DNA of 64,000 bases from NCBI RefSeq assembly GCF_006345805.1, contig NC_043020.1:11346001-11410000 (forward strand). The letters are read 5' to 3'. The DNA comes from Octopus sinensis. Lineage: Eukaryota. The notes beneath the pieces are model-generated. The model was not told the origin of the DNA and did no database searches. It was given only the letters and a program-made list of their open reading frames with translations. This document shows positions 1-13,214 of the stretch, one piece after another. Position 1 is the first letter of the stretch. Every line of letters starts with the position of its first letter. Both the position numbers and the translations under genes were made by a program.

Positions 1-74
1 CCGTCTATCTATCCGTCTACCTATACGTCTACCTATACGTCTATCTATCCGTCTAGCTACCTGTCTATCTGTCA

Positions 75-1027
75 AATCTGTACGTATTGACTCTTGAGCC
101 ACTACTGCGGACGCTGGCGACGCAAACGGGCATCCCGCCAGAGCTGGGATGCGGGACGAGCGTGTCTGCATACGCGGACGACGTCATCGTCATAGTGTCG
201 AGCCACAGACATATCGACCTGGTCAGCGAAACACTAAAAGAATACGAAACAGTAACGGGAGCAAAAATTAACCGGGGAAAAGTCGGTGAGCTTGCGGCTC
301 GGCACCTGGAGAAGCAAACCCATGCCTTCCAACAGTGTCTCCATCGTGGGACGCTGTTCCGACGGACCGGTTAAGTTGCTTGGAGTCTGGTTCGGTCCGG
401 ACCTCCAAATGAAGAACTGGGGCAAGATAACGACCATGGTGGACACTCACCCAGCAATGGCCCCAGAGGAAGCTATTCCTTAAAAGGTCGGGTGGCGAAC
501 GCGTACATCGCATCCGTCATCGTTACCGTCTGAACGTCGTGCCTTGTCCCGACCCTACCATCACCAAACTGGAACACGTACTCTTCCGCCTTTCGTGGAA
601 GGGAAACGTTCCTATGGTTAGGCGATCCATTTGCTGTCAGCACCCGCTAAATGGAGGGCTAAGCGCGCCGTGGTTGATGATGCGCAGACATGCGCAGAGA
701 CTGCGACATCTCCGGCGCTTTATAGACAACGGTGAACAGGGGTGGTAGCCGTTTGTGCGGCGCGCTTTCCCGCAGTCGTCTCTTTGGCCGAACTGCAGTC
801 GTGGATCAAACAGAGACCGAGGCTAGGCGAATGGCACCGTGAGTGCTGCCTTGCTCTCAAGCAACTCTGAGTCCGGGACCAAACTTGTGTGACTTCAACC
901 CCACAAAGGCGTTCTATAGAGGATTAGTGGAGGGGAAGTGCGACGACGTTCTCGGGCAGAATCTGGGCGTCGACGAGGAACACCTGACCCGCCGGTTCAG
1001 GAGAACTTTCGGACCGGGACCTATGAA
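75..1027 (+). mobile_element. Degenerate Tx1/L1-clade LINE ORF2 fragment (RT C-terminal half)
   Basis: SAYADDVIVIV...GAKINRGK, VKLLGVWFG and LFRLSWKG...GGL motifs across frameshifted ORFs 87-374, 286-483, 539-748; GC/CpG-rich relative to flanks. Confidence 0.85.
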
Positions 1028-2872
1028 AATATCTATCTATCTAGATGTCTATCTAGCTGTCTATCTAGATGTCTATCTAGCTGTCTATCTAGATGTCTAT
1101 CTAGCTGTCTATCTAGCTGTCTGTCTGTCTATCGTTCTGTCTGTCTATCTCTCTATTTGTCCATCTATTTGTCCATCTATCTGTCCATCTATCTGTCCAT
1201 CTATCTGTCCATCTATCTGTCTATCTATCTGTCTATCTCTCTATTTATCTCTCTAGTTGTCTATCTATCTGTCTATCTATCTGTCTATCTCTCTATTTGT
1301 CTATCTATCTGTCTATCTCTATTTATCTCTCTATTTATCTCTCTATTTATCTCTCTATTTATCTCTCTATTTATCTCTCTATTTATCTCTCTATTTATCT
1401 CTCTATTTATCTCTCTATTTGTCTCTCTATTTGTCTCTCTCTCTCTATTTATCTCTCTATTTGTCTCTCTCTCTATTTATCTCTCTATTTATCTCTCTAT
1501 TTATCTCTCTATTTATCTCTCTATTTGTCTTTCTCTCTATTTATCTCTCTATTTGTCTTTCTCTCTATTTATCTCTCTATTTATCTCTCTATTATCTCTC
1601 TATTTATCTCTCTAATTATCTCTCTTTTTGTCTATCTATCTGTCTATCTCTCTATTTGTCTCTCTATTTGTCTCTCTATTTGTCTCTCTATTTGTCTCTC
1701 TATTTGTCTCTCTATTTGTCTCTCTATTTGTATCTCTATTTGTCTCTCTATTTGTCTCTCTATTTGTCTCTCTATTTGTCTCTCTATTTGTCTCTCTATT
1801 TGTCTCTCTATTTGTCTCTCTATTTGTCTCTCTATTTGTCTCTCTATTTGTCTCTCTATTTATCTCTCTATTTATCTCTCTCTTTATCTCTCTATTTGTC
1901 TTTCTCTCTATTTGTCTTTCTCTCTATTTATCTCTCTATTATCTCTCTATTTATCTCTCTATTTATCTCTCTTTTTGTCTATCTATCTGTCTATCTCTCT
2001 ATTTGTCTCTCTATTTGTCTCTCTATTTGTCTCTCTATTTGTCTCTCTATTTGTCTCTCTATTTGTCTCTCTATTTGTCTCTCTGTTTGTCTCTCTATTT
2101 GTCTCTCTATTTGTCTCTCTATTAGTCTCTCTATTTGTCTCTCTATTTGTCTCTCTATTAGTCTCTCTATTTGTCTCTCTATTTGTCTCTCTATTTGTCT
2201 ATCTATCTGTCTATCTCTCTATTTATCTCTCTATTTGTCTCTCTATTTGTCTCTCTATTTGTCTCTCTATTTGTCTCTCTATTTGTCTCTCTATTTGTCT
2301 CTCTATTTGTCTCTCTATTTGTCTCTCTATTTGTCTCTCTATTTGTCTATCTATCTGTCTATCTCTCTATTTATCTCTCTATTTGTCTATCTGTCTATCT
2401 CTCTATTTGTCTCTCTATTTGTCTCTCTATTTGTCTCTCTATTTGTCTCTCTATTTGTCTATCTATCTGTCTATCTCTCTATTTATCTCTCTATTCTGTC
2501 TATCTGTCTATTTGTCTCTATTTGTCTCTCTTTTGTCTCTCTATTTGTATCTCTATTTGTCTCTCTATTTGTCTCTCTATTTGTCTCTCTATTTGTCTCT
2601 CTATTTGTCTCTCTATTAGTCTCTCTATTAGTCTCTCTATTAGTCTCTCTATTTGTCTCTCTATTTGTCTCTCTATTTGTCTCTCTATTAGTCTCTCTAT
2701 TTTGTCTCCTCTTTGTCTCTCTATTTGTCTCTCTATTGTCTATCTATCTGTCTATCTCTCTATTTGTCTCTCTATTTGTCCTCTATTTGTCTCTCTATTT
2801 GTCTCTCTATTTGTCTCTCTATTTGTCTCTCTATTTGTCTCTCTATTTGTCTCTCTATTTGTCTCTCTATTT
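1028..2872. repeat. About 1.85-kb simple satellite, mainly (CTATTTGTCTCT)n with CTAT/CTGT-type variants
   Basis: Directly visible 12-bp periodicity; accounts for the LSLY/SICL ORFs. Confidence 0.97.
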
Positions 2873-3294
2873 GGCATAGTTTTATGGTTAGAGGTACTTT
2901 CAAATGCTGACCATTCTACAGTGTGGACTGGATGCTTTTTTTTATGTGGCACCAGTTCTGGTGAGGTTACCATGTAGCCTACAAGACAAAAATCCTTTGA
3001 GCAGGGTGGTAGCATTAGAGAAGGTGGGTTTGTGCCAGATGATGGGAGATTAGATTATGACAGAGGAGCAAAAAAAGGTGTCTTGCTGCAGAGGAGATGC
3101 ATGGTTGCTCCAGTCAAAGGGAGAGAGTGAGAGTGAGTGAGAACGAGATTGGAAGAGTACAACAACGGCAGTCTAATAAAGTATCTCGTATCGTTAACAC
3201 GTTTTTTTCAGTCTCTCTCATTTTCTTAATCTTTCATACTAAGTACTCGCTACTTCCTTTAATACTCAATACATTATATATATATAACAACAAC

Positions 3295-3660
3295 AGTAAG
3301 TAGCATGCTTACCAACCACATGGTTCCGGGTCAGTCCCACTGCATGGCACCTTGGGCAAGTGTCTTCTGCTATAGCCTCGGGCCGACCAAAGCCTTGTGA
3401 GTGGATTTGGTAGACGGAAACTGGAAGAAGCCCGTCGTATATATGTATATATACGCGTGTGTGTCTGTGTTTGTCCCCCTAGCATTGCTTGACAACCGAT
3501 GCTGGTGTGTTTATGTCCCCGTTACTTAGTGGTTCGGCAAAAGAGACCGATAGAATAAGTACTGGGCTTACAAAAGAATAAGTCCCGGGGTCGAGTTGCT
3601 CGATTAAAAGGCGGTGCTCCAGCATGGCCGCAGTCAAATGACTGAAACAAGTAAAAGATA
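3295..3660 (+). mobile_element. tRNA-derived SINE family B (about 400 bp, internal TA/TG microsatellite), head slightly truncated
   Basis: GGTTCCGGGTCAGTCCCACTGC...GACTGAAACAAGTAAAAGA; more than 10 related copies in the window. Confidence 0.9.
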
Positions 3661-3854
3661 AAAAAAGATAAAATAAATAAAACATCAATTTTTGGACGTT
3701 GGGTAGCTGCATGTATGATAACTGTAGCAGTATCTGGCAACGTAGACCTCCCTCGGACCCAGGCATCCACTGCCTGGCTCTGTCCCTCACTCAGTCACTT
3801 TCAAGTATCAGTTTTATGTGGAATTGTTACAATTATATCTGAAATACCCCTAAA

Positions 3855-4268
3855 ATGACTGGTGAAAAGAAAATACTTTCATCTACAGATGCACCAGCTT
3901 AGAAGACAAGGAAGATTATTGATTTAGACTATAAAATGAAGATTATCTGGCAGTGTGAAGGTGGAAAGAATTTCAATACAATAGCATGTGACTTGAAGCT
4001 ATCGTGTTCCACTGTGGCGATGATACTTAAGGACAAAGAAAGAATTTGTGAAGCTGTGAAAGGTTCTGCATCTGTGAAGCCTACAATTTTAACCAAACAA
4101 CGACAGGGCCCCATTCATGAAATGGAGAAATTGTTATTCATGTGGATGGAGGATTTAATACCTGTTTGAATGAAAACAATGTTGAAAAATATAAATCCAA
4201 CATACAACCAGATTAACTTATGACCTGTCAGTGGGAACAGAACTTAGTCGTAAGTCAAGGAGAAGGTA
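3855..4268 (+). pseudogene. Tigger/pogo transposase N-terminal fragment (CENP-B-type HTH) with a possible right TIR
   Basis: ATG at 3855, in-frame TAG, then KTRKIIDLDYKMKIIWQCEGG...STVAMILKDKERI...MEKLLFMWMED; TTAGTCGTAAGTCAAGG...TA resembles a Tigger TIR. Confidence 0.8.
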
Positions 4269-4833
4269 CATTCGTTATTTTCCCCTTCGTTCATAAATAC
4301 ATAATGGAGGTTACATTAAAATTTAAATTTGTGAACCCAGGCCAAGCTGCTGGAAGTCTGGGGCCTACCTGAACCTAGTACCATCATCATACTTAAGTAT
4401 GCAGCGGTAGCTATATAATTCCCCCATTCTCAAACAGCATTCATAATCTATGTCCCACCACCACCACTTCTCTATCTTATTCCCACTTTTCTCCTTCCAC
4501 CACTTAATACTAACTTTTTAATTCCATCTTTCCTATGCTTCTAAACTATTTAGTAGCATGAGGGCAATGATCTTCCTATCAATCAAGGTTTAATATATTT
4601 TAAATGAAAGAGTATTGTGGTTGTCCACCGGTTTCATTTTTGATAATCATGACATTGAAATTATTTTGTAATTTTGCATTTTCTTGAGAAGATTTTAGTC
4701 CATGTTCTTGTGTGTGTATATATATATATATATATAACGGGAAGGTTTATGAAAATAAACAAAAGATGAAGGCAGGTGGAGTACAAACAAACAAATGTAT
4801 TAGTATGGCGCTCAGGAATAGAAATAGAACAAG

Positions 4834-4871
4834 TCTTTTACATTTCGAGCCTACGCTCTTCGGCAGAAAGA
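4834..4871 (-). ncRNA. Minimal type-I hammerhead-like motif (A6C), in a short Penelope-type repeat at about 4738-4905
   Basis: UCUUU-CUGCCGA-A-GAGC(GUAG)GCUC-GAAAU-GUA-AAAGA; 5-bp stem I, 4-bp stem II; truncated relative at 57786-57870. Confidence 0.7.
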
Positions 4872-5173
4872 TACACAGAAAAGAAACAGGGAGAGAAAAA
4901 AATGCGTATATATATATATATATATATTTTTTTTTTTTGAAGGAAAGAAAATGGAGAGAACTGGATTTCCTTTCTTTCCTCTTCAGATCCTTCCCCTACA
5001 GCTCATTCTTTCCCTCTTCACCCTTTCCTTGGCATCTTCACATCATCCCTCACTACATATTCCTCTCTCCCTCATTCTTTTCTCTCAGTCTTCCCTGTTC
5101 TTTTCTTGATTTGCTTTTATCTTATTCTATTTATTTATTTATCTATCCCTTTATTTATTTATTTTGTGAACAG

Positions 5174-5471
5174 AGCCAAGTCAGTCAGAAGCTGATCCCG
5201 AATCATTCGCTGACGACATCGAAGATATCGTTCTTGGCATCACTCGACGATGTGTGTGAGATTGATAAGGAGAAACAGCAGAACATAAAGAAGGGCTTCA
5301 GCTTGTTTGAAGGGATGTTGCTGGTCATGATGTCACTGAACCTTTTCATGATGATGGGGTTCCTTGGCTGCATGGGGCTCTTCTACATCGAACTGCTCGA
5401 CGAATTCCATCTCACCCGCTCCATTGCCTCGATGGTTGTATCCGTACCCTGGGGATTTGCCTTTGGAAGTG
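5174..5471 (+). CDS. SLC16/MCT-family MFS transporter, coding exon A (N-tail, TM1, start of TM2); start codon probably in an unidentified upstream exon
   Basis: Pyrimidine tract and AG at 5172-5173; open frame SQVSQ...GMLLVMMSLNLFMMMGFLGCMGLFYIELLDEFHLTRSIASMVVSVPWGFAFGSG resembles MCT TM1-TM2; donor G|GTAAGT at 5472, phase 1. Confidence 0.85.
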
Positions 5472-5529
5472 GTAAGTCAAGGAAAACTTGTTCAACAATG
5501 TTTCAGAGTGTGAGTTTGTGTGTGTGTGT

Positions 5530-6454
<925 letters not shown>

Positions 6455-6599
6455 TGTAAGAGTGTGTCAAAAGAAAGATGTGTAATAGACACAGACAATT
6501 AGTGCTCAGACTGGACAAATTATCTATAATCCAACATCAAGTGATATGAGATGGGACCCAGGCAGGTAAACATCAGCTATAGGTAATGTACCAGTCGAG

Positions 6600-7145
6600 C
6601 ACATGAAAGTACAAAAGAATAAAAGAGGGGACAAACAGTTGGTAATGGTGTCAAAGCATTTATAAAATAGTTATACTGAAGTGAGTATAAATACAATTAA
6701 ACAGAAAGATAAAACCAGGAAAACTCAGGAGAGTGGGAGTTCATATTAGTTCTTCGTTGGTGGGTAAATATCCTGAAAGTTCATACTCTAATATCACAGA
6801 TAAAAGAGAGGAGAATCCATGTAGTCTTTTGTAGTAGTCCTTCATGGATAGATAGTTATCTAGAGGATTCATATTCTAACCGCCCAGATAAGAGCAAGGA
6901 GACAACAGAACATCCTTTACAGCTGTTTCTGGTGTGTGTTGATCAATAAGTTCAATATCATGCATTGTGTGTTAGAGTATGAACTTGCCAGATATCTATT
7001 TATCTGTGAAGAACTATAAGAACTCTTGCATTCCTTATTTTCCTTAATTATATTTTTACTCATTTCCATAGAACTAGCTTATGAATGTTTTGATACCATT
7101 AACAACTGCTTGTCCCATCTTTTATTATATTATACTCAAATGCAT
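6600..7145. repeat. Old imperfect inverted duplication (about 6600-6800 vs 6965-7145) with a decayed hammerhead-like motif in the spacer (6914-6946, minus)
   Basis: TTAGAGTATGAAC...GAAGAACTA and TTTGA(C/T)ACCATTA(C/A)CAACTG(T/C)TTGTCCC occur on opposite strands; UUGAUCA...GAAAC-AGCU-GUA. Confidence 0.6.
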
Positions 7146-7154
7146 GCACCACAC

Positions 7155-7220
<66 letters not shown>

Positions 7221-7986
7221 TGTGAGAATTTATTACAATTTCCCTAGGATTTTTGTTGACTTCTCTCAGTTCATTAAGATGGTCAACTAACCCATGATAT
7301 CTTTGTGTTATTTCCCTTAGCTCTCTTCTTTTTTCCTTTTTGGCAATTATGCAAATTATATTGGCCAAAAGTCTTTGGGACTCTTTTTTTCCTACTTTTC
7401 AAATTCTTTTTCCACTCATTAAAGCAAGCTTCAGAAGACTATACTTTGCAGATGAGATCTAAGAAGACTGAAACATGCCCATTGCACGGTTGCTGTTTCC
7501 TTGCCTGCAAACAGACATCAGATTTTTTCCTTCTAAATTAATTAGTTGTTAAATGTATTTAATTTACTGACTTATCAAATTATTGTATAATAAATAAAAT
7601 GTATTAAGATTTACTAATTCAGTGAATTTATCAGGCAATTAAACTTTAATTTATTCAAGTTATCTCCCCCTTTCTTTGGCTGCAGCTACTGCTGTTGGTT
7701 TCTTGTCTCCTGTTAAAAAGTGAATTTGAATTAATTAGGAATGCTTCATATACATTCAGTATAATGTCATCATCACCTAGGTGAATTATGTTCTACACAC
7801 ACAGAGATGCACGTACACTCAGACAGATCCTGGTATATCAAATATGGTGCAACATAAATTCTTGGTTTATCAAAATTATCTCTGCCTCTAGAGAATGTGT
7901 CACAATTGACATTGTTTTTGAAACCAGTGCCATATGAGAAGGGGAGGTAATCTCAAGAATCAAGGATTCTGCAAAGTTAATATACC

Positions 7987-8218
7987 TATTTCTTTACTAC
8001 CCACAAGGGGCTAAACACAGAGAGGACAAACAAGGACAGACAAACGGATTAAGTCGATTACATCGACTCCAGTGCGTAACTGGTACTTATTTAATCGACT
8101 CTGAAAGGATGAAAGGCAAAGTCGACCTCAGCGGAATTTGAACTCAGAACGTAGCGGCAGACGAAATACCGCGAAGCATTTCGCCCGGCGTGCTAACGTT
8201 TCTGCCAGCTTGCCGCCT
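7987..8218 (-). mobile_element. tRNA-derived SINE family A (about 235 bp; possibly a Meta/MESC-type central domain)
   Basis: GGCGGCAAGCTGGCAGAAACGTTAGCACG head, GTTCAAATTCC B-box, GCCTTTCATCC...GTCGATTAAATAAGTACCAG core. Confidence 0.9.
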
Positions 8219-8290
8219 TTGCAAAGTTAATATACCATCAAGGCAAAAAAAAAAAAAAAGAACAGGTTTATTGTCTGGAGATAAGAAGAC

Positions 8291-8338
8291 AACCATGGAC
8301 ACAGGTTTCTGCTTCAAAAGACATCATCAGTATAACAG
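8291..8338 (-). ncRNA. Decayed type-I hammerhead-like motif with canonical core
   Basis: CUGAUGA-UG(U)CUU(UUG)AAGCA-GAAAC-CUGU-GUC; stem I only weakly paired. Confidence 0.5.
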
Positions 8339-9116
8339 TTGTCCTAACCACTCTCTATCAGTAAAGGGTCTAAGACTTATACAAAAAAAGTTGAACACGA
8401 TTGTGGCCAATGTAATTTGCATAAATTAAACATAAATGAGCTAAAGGAAATAATTCAGAGAAGCTAGTAGTATGCTTATGAAAAGAAACAGACATCTACA
8501 GCTGTGTGGAATGCCATACAATATAAACTTTTGATTGATTTATGTGTATAAGTGTATGTATGTGTGTGTGTGTGCACATCAATACATTTGTATTTATATT
8601 CTGTACATACATACTTACATACTTATATATGTATACATAAATCTGAAAATATATTTTACTTTTCTCACTCACAGTTGTTACATAAGTCTATAAATCTTAT
8701 GTTTTTTCTTTCTTTTCTTTCCTGTTTTAAATTTTAAAATATCAATCATATTGTTATTGTCATTATTACATCTTATCATCAATTATCTTAAAGTACTGCA
8801 TCATCTAATTTGTAATTGCTTCATTTGCATATAATACATTTGTTAATTACCTTTCTCTCTACTCCACATTCTTCTTTCCTATAAAATTTATAACCAAATT
8901 CTTTGAACAGTAACAACAGAAATATGTTCTTAGTTGCAGCTTGACTACAACAAATATATACATTATACACACATACATGTATACACTACAAACACACATA
9001 AATGCACAAAGCGCTCTGACAAGAAAGACCTCAAAGCTACTGTCACTCCTGTTCTTGTAAAAGATTAGTATATATATGCCTAGGTAAACAACCTTTTCAG
9101 TACACATATGTATGCG

Positions 9117-9156
<40 letters not shown>

Positions 9157-9472
9157 AGCATTCTGTCAGTTATGATGACGAGGGTCCCAGCTGGTACAAT
9201 CAACGGAACAGCTTGCTCGTGAAATTAATGTGCTGAGCATTCCACAGACACGTGTACCCTTAATGTAGTTCACAAGGAGATTCCGCATGACACAGAGTGT
9301 GACAAGGCCGGCCCTTTGAAATACAGGTACTACTCATTTTTGCCAGGTGAGTGGACTGGAGCAACGTGAAATAAAGTGTCTTGCTCAAGGACACAATGTG
9401 TCACCAGGAATCGAACTCACAACCTTATGATCATGAGCTGAATGCGCTAACCACTAAGCCATGCGCCCTCAC
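9157..9472 (-). mobile_element. tRNA-derived SINE family D (3' half shared with family C)
   Basis: Head GTGAGGGCGCATGGCTTAGTGGTTAG...GAGTTCGATTCC; 3' part shared with 29283-29615 and 24861-25237. Confidence 0.88.
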
Positions 9473-9601
9473 TATATATATATGTATGTATGTAAGTATG
9501 TGTGTATGTGTGTGTGTAAAAGATGGAGATAGAAATAGTACAGTAGTAAGTGTAAGACATTTCAATTTAAGAGGAAATTTAATGAAAAATTATATAAAGG
9601 A

Positions 9602-9760
9602 AATATTACCGGTTTCGATGTATCTCATCATATCAAGCATCAGTAAAATTTTTTTTTTAAATTTGAAGTAAAAACAATTTATCAAGCTATTTTTACTTCA
9701 AATTAAAAAAAATGTTTAATGCTGTTTGGTAAGATGCGATACATTGAAACCGGTAATATT
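9602..9760. repeat. Imperfect palindrome (about 70-bp arms) with a decayed hammerhead-like motif at each outer end
   Basis: AATATTACCGGTTTCGATGTATC...TTTGAAGTAAAAA mirrored by TTTTTACTTCAAA...GATACATTGAAACCGGTAATATT. Confidence 0.8.
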
Positions 9761-9924
9761 GACCCAGGGCAGCACTACCTCTTCCAGGCACTTGATGTAG
9801 GCCTCCGTGTTGAGTCTGAGGCCGTGTGGGAAGATGAATGAGACATAGCGTTGCCTTCACTAGTGATCACTCCAAACATCATGATGTTGACTGGATGCTT
9901 GATTTTGTATTACTCTCGGTACAT

Positions 9925-9939
9925 ATATACATATATGTG

Positions 9940-9982
<43 letters not shown>

Positions 9983-10334
9983 GTATGTATGTATATGTAT
10001 GTATGTGTGTGTGTATGTATGTATGTGTGTGTGTGTATGTATGTATGTATGTATGTATGTGTGTATGTATGTATGTATGTATGTGTATGTGTATGTATGT
10101 ATATGTATGTATGTATGTGTATGTGTATGTATGTATATGTATGTATGTAAGTATATATATATATATATATATACATACATACATATACATACATATATAT
10201 ATGCATATACATATGTATGTATGTATGTGTATATATATATATGTACATACATACATATACATACATATATATGCATATACATACATATATATACATATAT
10301 ATACACACATACATACATACACACACACACTCAC

Positions 10335-10417
<83 letters not shown>
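9925..10417. repeat. Compound TA/TG/TATG microsatellite (similar blocks at about 15800-16060, 26440-27085, 39880-40760, 58148-58562)
   Basis: Directly visible; source of the YI/VC/HT ORFs. Confidence 0.97.
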
Positions 10418-10420
<3 letters not shown>

Positions 10421-11550
10421 CACTGTTCTGTTAAGGCAGGATCTACAAACAAAGTACTTCATCAAGTGAGAGATAAATATCATTTTATCATCATCGTCCT
10501 TTAACGTCTGTTTTCCATGCTGGCATGGGTTGGATGGTTTGACCAGGGCTAGCAAGCTGATGAGCTGTACCAAGCTGTAGTCTTATCTGGCCTGGTTTCA
10601 ATGGCTTGATGCTCTTTCTAATGCCAAGTACACAGTCTTGAACCATTAAGCGTTCAGATTACTCTGTCAAATGCTTATTTATTCACATCGTTTTGTAAAG
10701 CTTATCCATATTATTTTGAATTAATCTTGTATTATCTTGTAGCTTCAAGTGTTTGACGACGTGGTACTCTTTTACTCTTTTACTTGTTTCAGTCATTTGA
10801 CTGCGGCCATGCTGGAGCACCGCCTTTAGTCGAGCAAATCGACCCCGGGACTTATTCTTTGTAAGCCCAGTACTCATTCTATCGGTCTCTTTTGCCGAAC
10901 CGCTAAGTGACGGGGACGTAAATACACCAGCATCGGTTGTCAAGCGATGTTGGGGGACAAACACAGATGCACAAACACACACACACACACACACACATAC
11001 ATATTACATATATACACATATATACGAGAGGCTTCTTTCAGTTTCCGTCTACCAAATCCACTCACAAGGCATTGGTCGGCCCGGGGCTATAGCAGAAGAC
11101 ACTTGCCCAAGATGCCACGCAGTGGGACTGAACCTGGAACCATGTGGTTGGTTAGCAAGCTACTTACCACACAGCCACTCCTGCGCCTTAGAATGGCTTT
11201 GTAAGGTAGGTGTGAGGGGCCAAATTTGGCCAGTTTCAATGCAAAGAAGGTGTAAAATTTTGGCCAGATATTGTCAGTTTAAATGCTAAAAGGTTAGATA
11301 AGAGCTGCTTATAGTTTCTAGCCAATGATATACTGATAGTTGCTAATAGCTACTTGAAATAAGAGTTATGTTATATAGCTCTGTCTAATCACAGTGTCTC
11401 TGTGACAAGAAACCATTGGTAACACTTGTTTTAAATACTGTATGCATTAAATGGGAAAAATCTCTCACTGGATGGAGCACTTTTTTTGTTAATCCTACCT
11501 TAATGGAACAATAAACTATATATATATATATATATATATATGTGTATGCA

Positions 11551-11610
<60 letters not shown>

Positions 11611-11803
11611 ACACACAAAATTTAGAGGACTGGCCACTAAAAATGGACAGCCTATATGCTAGATATAGACGTCAAAATCACCATTTTCCACGAAGTGTGT
11701 GTTCTCAAGAAAAAAACTCAGCAAAAAAACCAAAGTGTAAAAATAAGCAAGACAAATGAAAATATACGAAATAAAAAACGATTACCTATGTACTAATTAG
11801 TTT

Positions 11804-11834
<31 letters not shown>

Positions 11835-12989
11835 GTTCACTGTTCTGTTAAGGCAGGATCTACAAACAAAGTACTTCATCAAGTGAGAGATAAATATCAT
11901 TTTATCATCATCGTCCTTTAACGTCTGTTTTCCATGCTGGCATGGGTTGGATGGTTTGACCAGGGCTAGCAAGCTGATGAGCTGTACCAAGCTGTAGTCT
12001 TATCTGGCCTGGTTTCAATGGCTTGATGCTCTTTCTAATGCCAAGTACACAGTCTTGAACCATAAGCGTTCAGATTACTCTGTCAAATGCTTATTTATTC
12101 ACATCGTTTTGTAAAGCTTATCCATATTATTTTGAATTAATCTTGTATTATCTTGTAGCTTCAAGTGTTTGACGACGTGGTACTCTTTTACTCTTTTACT
12201 TGTTTCAGTCATTTGACTGCGGCCATGCTGGAGCACCGCCTTTAGTCGAGCAAATCGACCCCGGGACTTATTCTTTGTAAGCCCAGTACTCATTCTATCG
12301 GTCTCTTTTGCCGAACCGCTAAGTGACGGGGACGTAAATACACCAGCATCGGTTGTCAAGCGATGTTGGGGGACAAACACAGATGCACAAACACACACAC
12401 ACACCACACACATACATATTACATATATACACATATATACGAGAGGCTTCTTTCAGTTTCCGTCTACCAAATCCACTCACAAGGCATTGGTCGGCCCGGG
12501 GCTATAGCAGAAGACACTTGCCCAAGATGCCACGCAGTGGGACTGAACCCGGAACCATGTGGTTGGTTAGCAAGCTACTTACCACACAGCCACTCCTGCG
12601 CCTTAGAATGGCTTTGTAAGGTAGGTGTGAGGGGCCAAATTTGGCCAGTTTCAATGCAAAGAAGGTGTAAAATTTTGGCCAGATATTGTCAGTTTAAATG
12701 CTAAAAGGTTAAGATAAGAGCTGCTTATAGTTTCTAGCCAATGATATACTGATAGTTGCTAATAGCTACTTGAAATAAGAGTTATGTTATATAGCTCTGT
12801 CTAATCACAGTGTCTCTGTGACAAGAAACCATTGGTAACACTTGTTTTAAATACTGTATGCATTAAATGGGAAAAATCTCTCACTGGATGGAGCACTTTT
12901 TTTGTTAATCCTACCTTAATGGAACAATAAACTATATATATATATATATATATATATGTGTATGCATGTATATGTGTGTATATATATAT

Positions 12990-13031
<42 letters not shown>

Positions 13032-13214
13032 AAATTTAGAGGACTGGCCACTAAAAATGGACAGCCTATATGCTAGATATAGACGTCAAAATCACCATTT
13101 TCCACGAAGTGTGTGTTCTCAAGAAAAAAACTCAGCAAAAAAAACCAAAGTGTAAAAATAAGCAAGACAAATGAAAATATACGAAATAAAAAACGATTAC
13201 CTATGTACTAATTA

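Noticed and set aside
843-2977. Long ORFs up to 540 aa (LSLY/SICL)
   Set aside because: Translations of the 12-bp satellite, whose unit lacks stops.
4622-4654. Possible A3-U8 hammerhead (minus: UGUC-AUGAUUA-UCAAAAAU-GAAAC-CG-GUG-GACA), which would be the fourth 3-8 combination
   Set aside because: G17 violates the NUH rule and there is no stem II; it could be chance in AT-rich DNA. Worth rescoring with a covariance model.
10557-10563. CTGATGA heptamer (also in the duplicate copy)
   Set aside because: No downstream stem II or GAAA.
10683-10994. Recurrent ORFs such as TTDAGVFTSPSLSGSAKETDR (also 12099, 18476, 55127) and MPRSGTEPGTMW
   Set aside because: Incidental frames of SINE family B.
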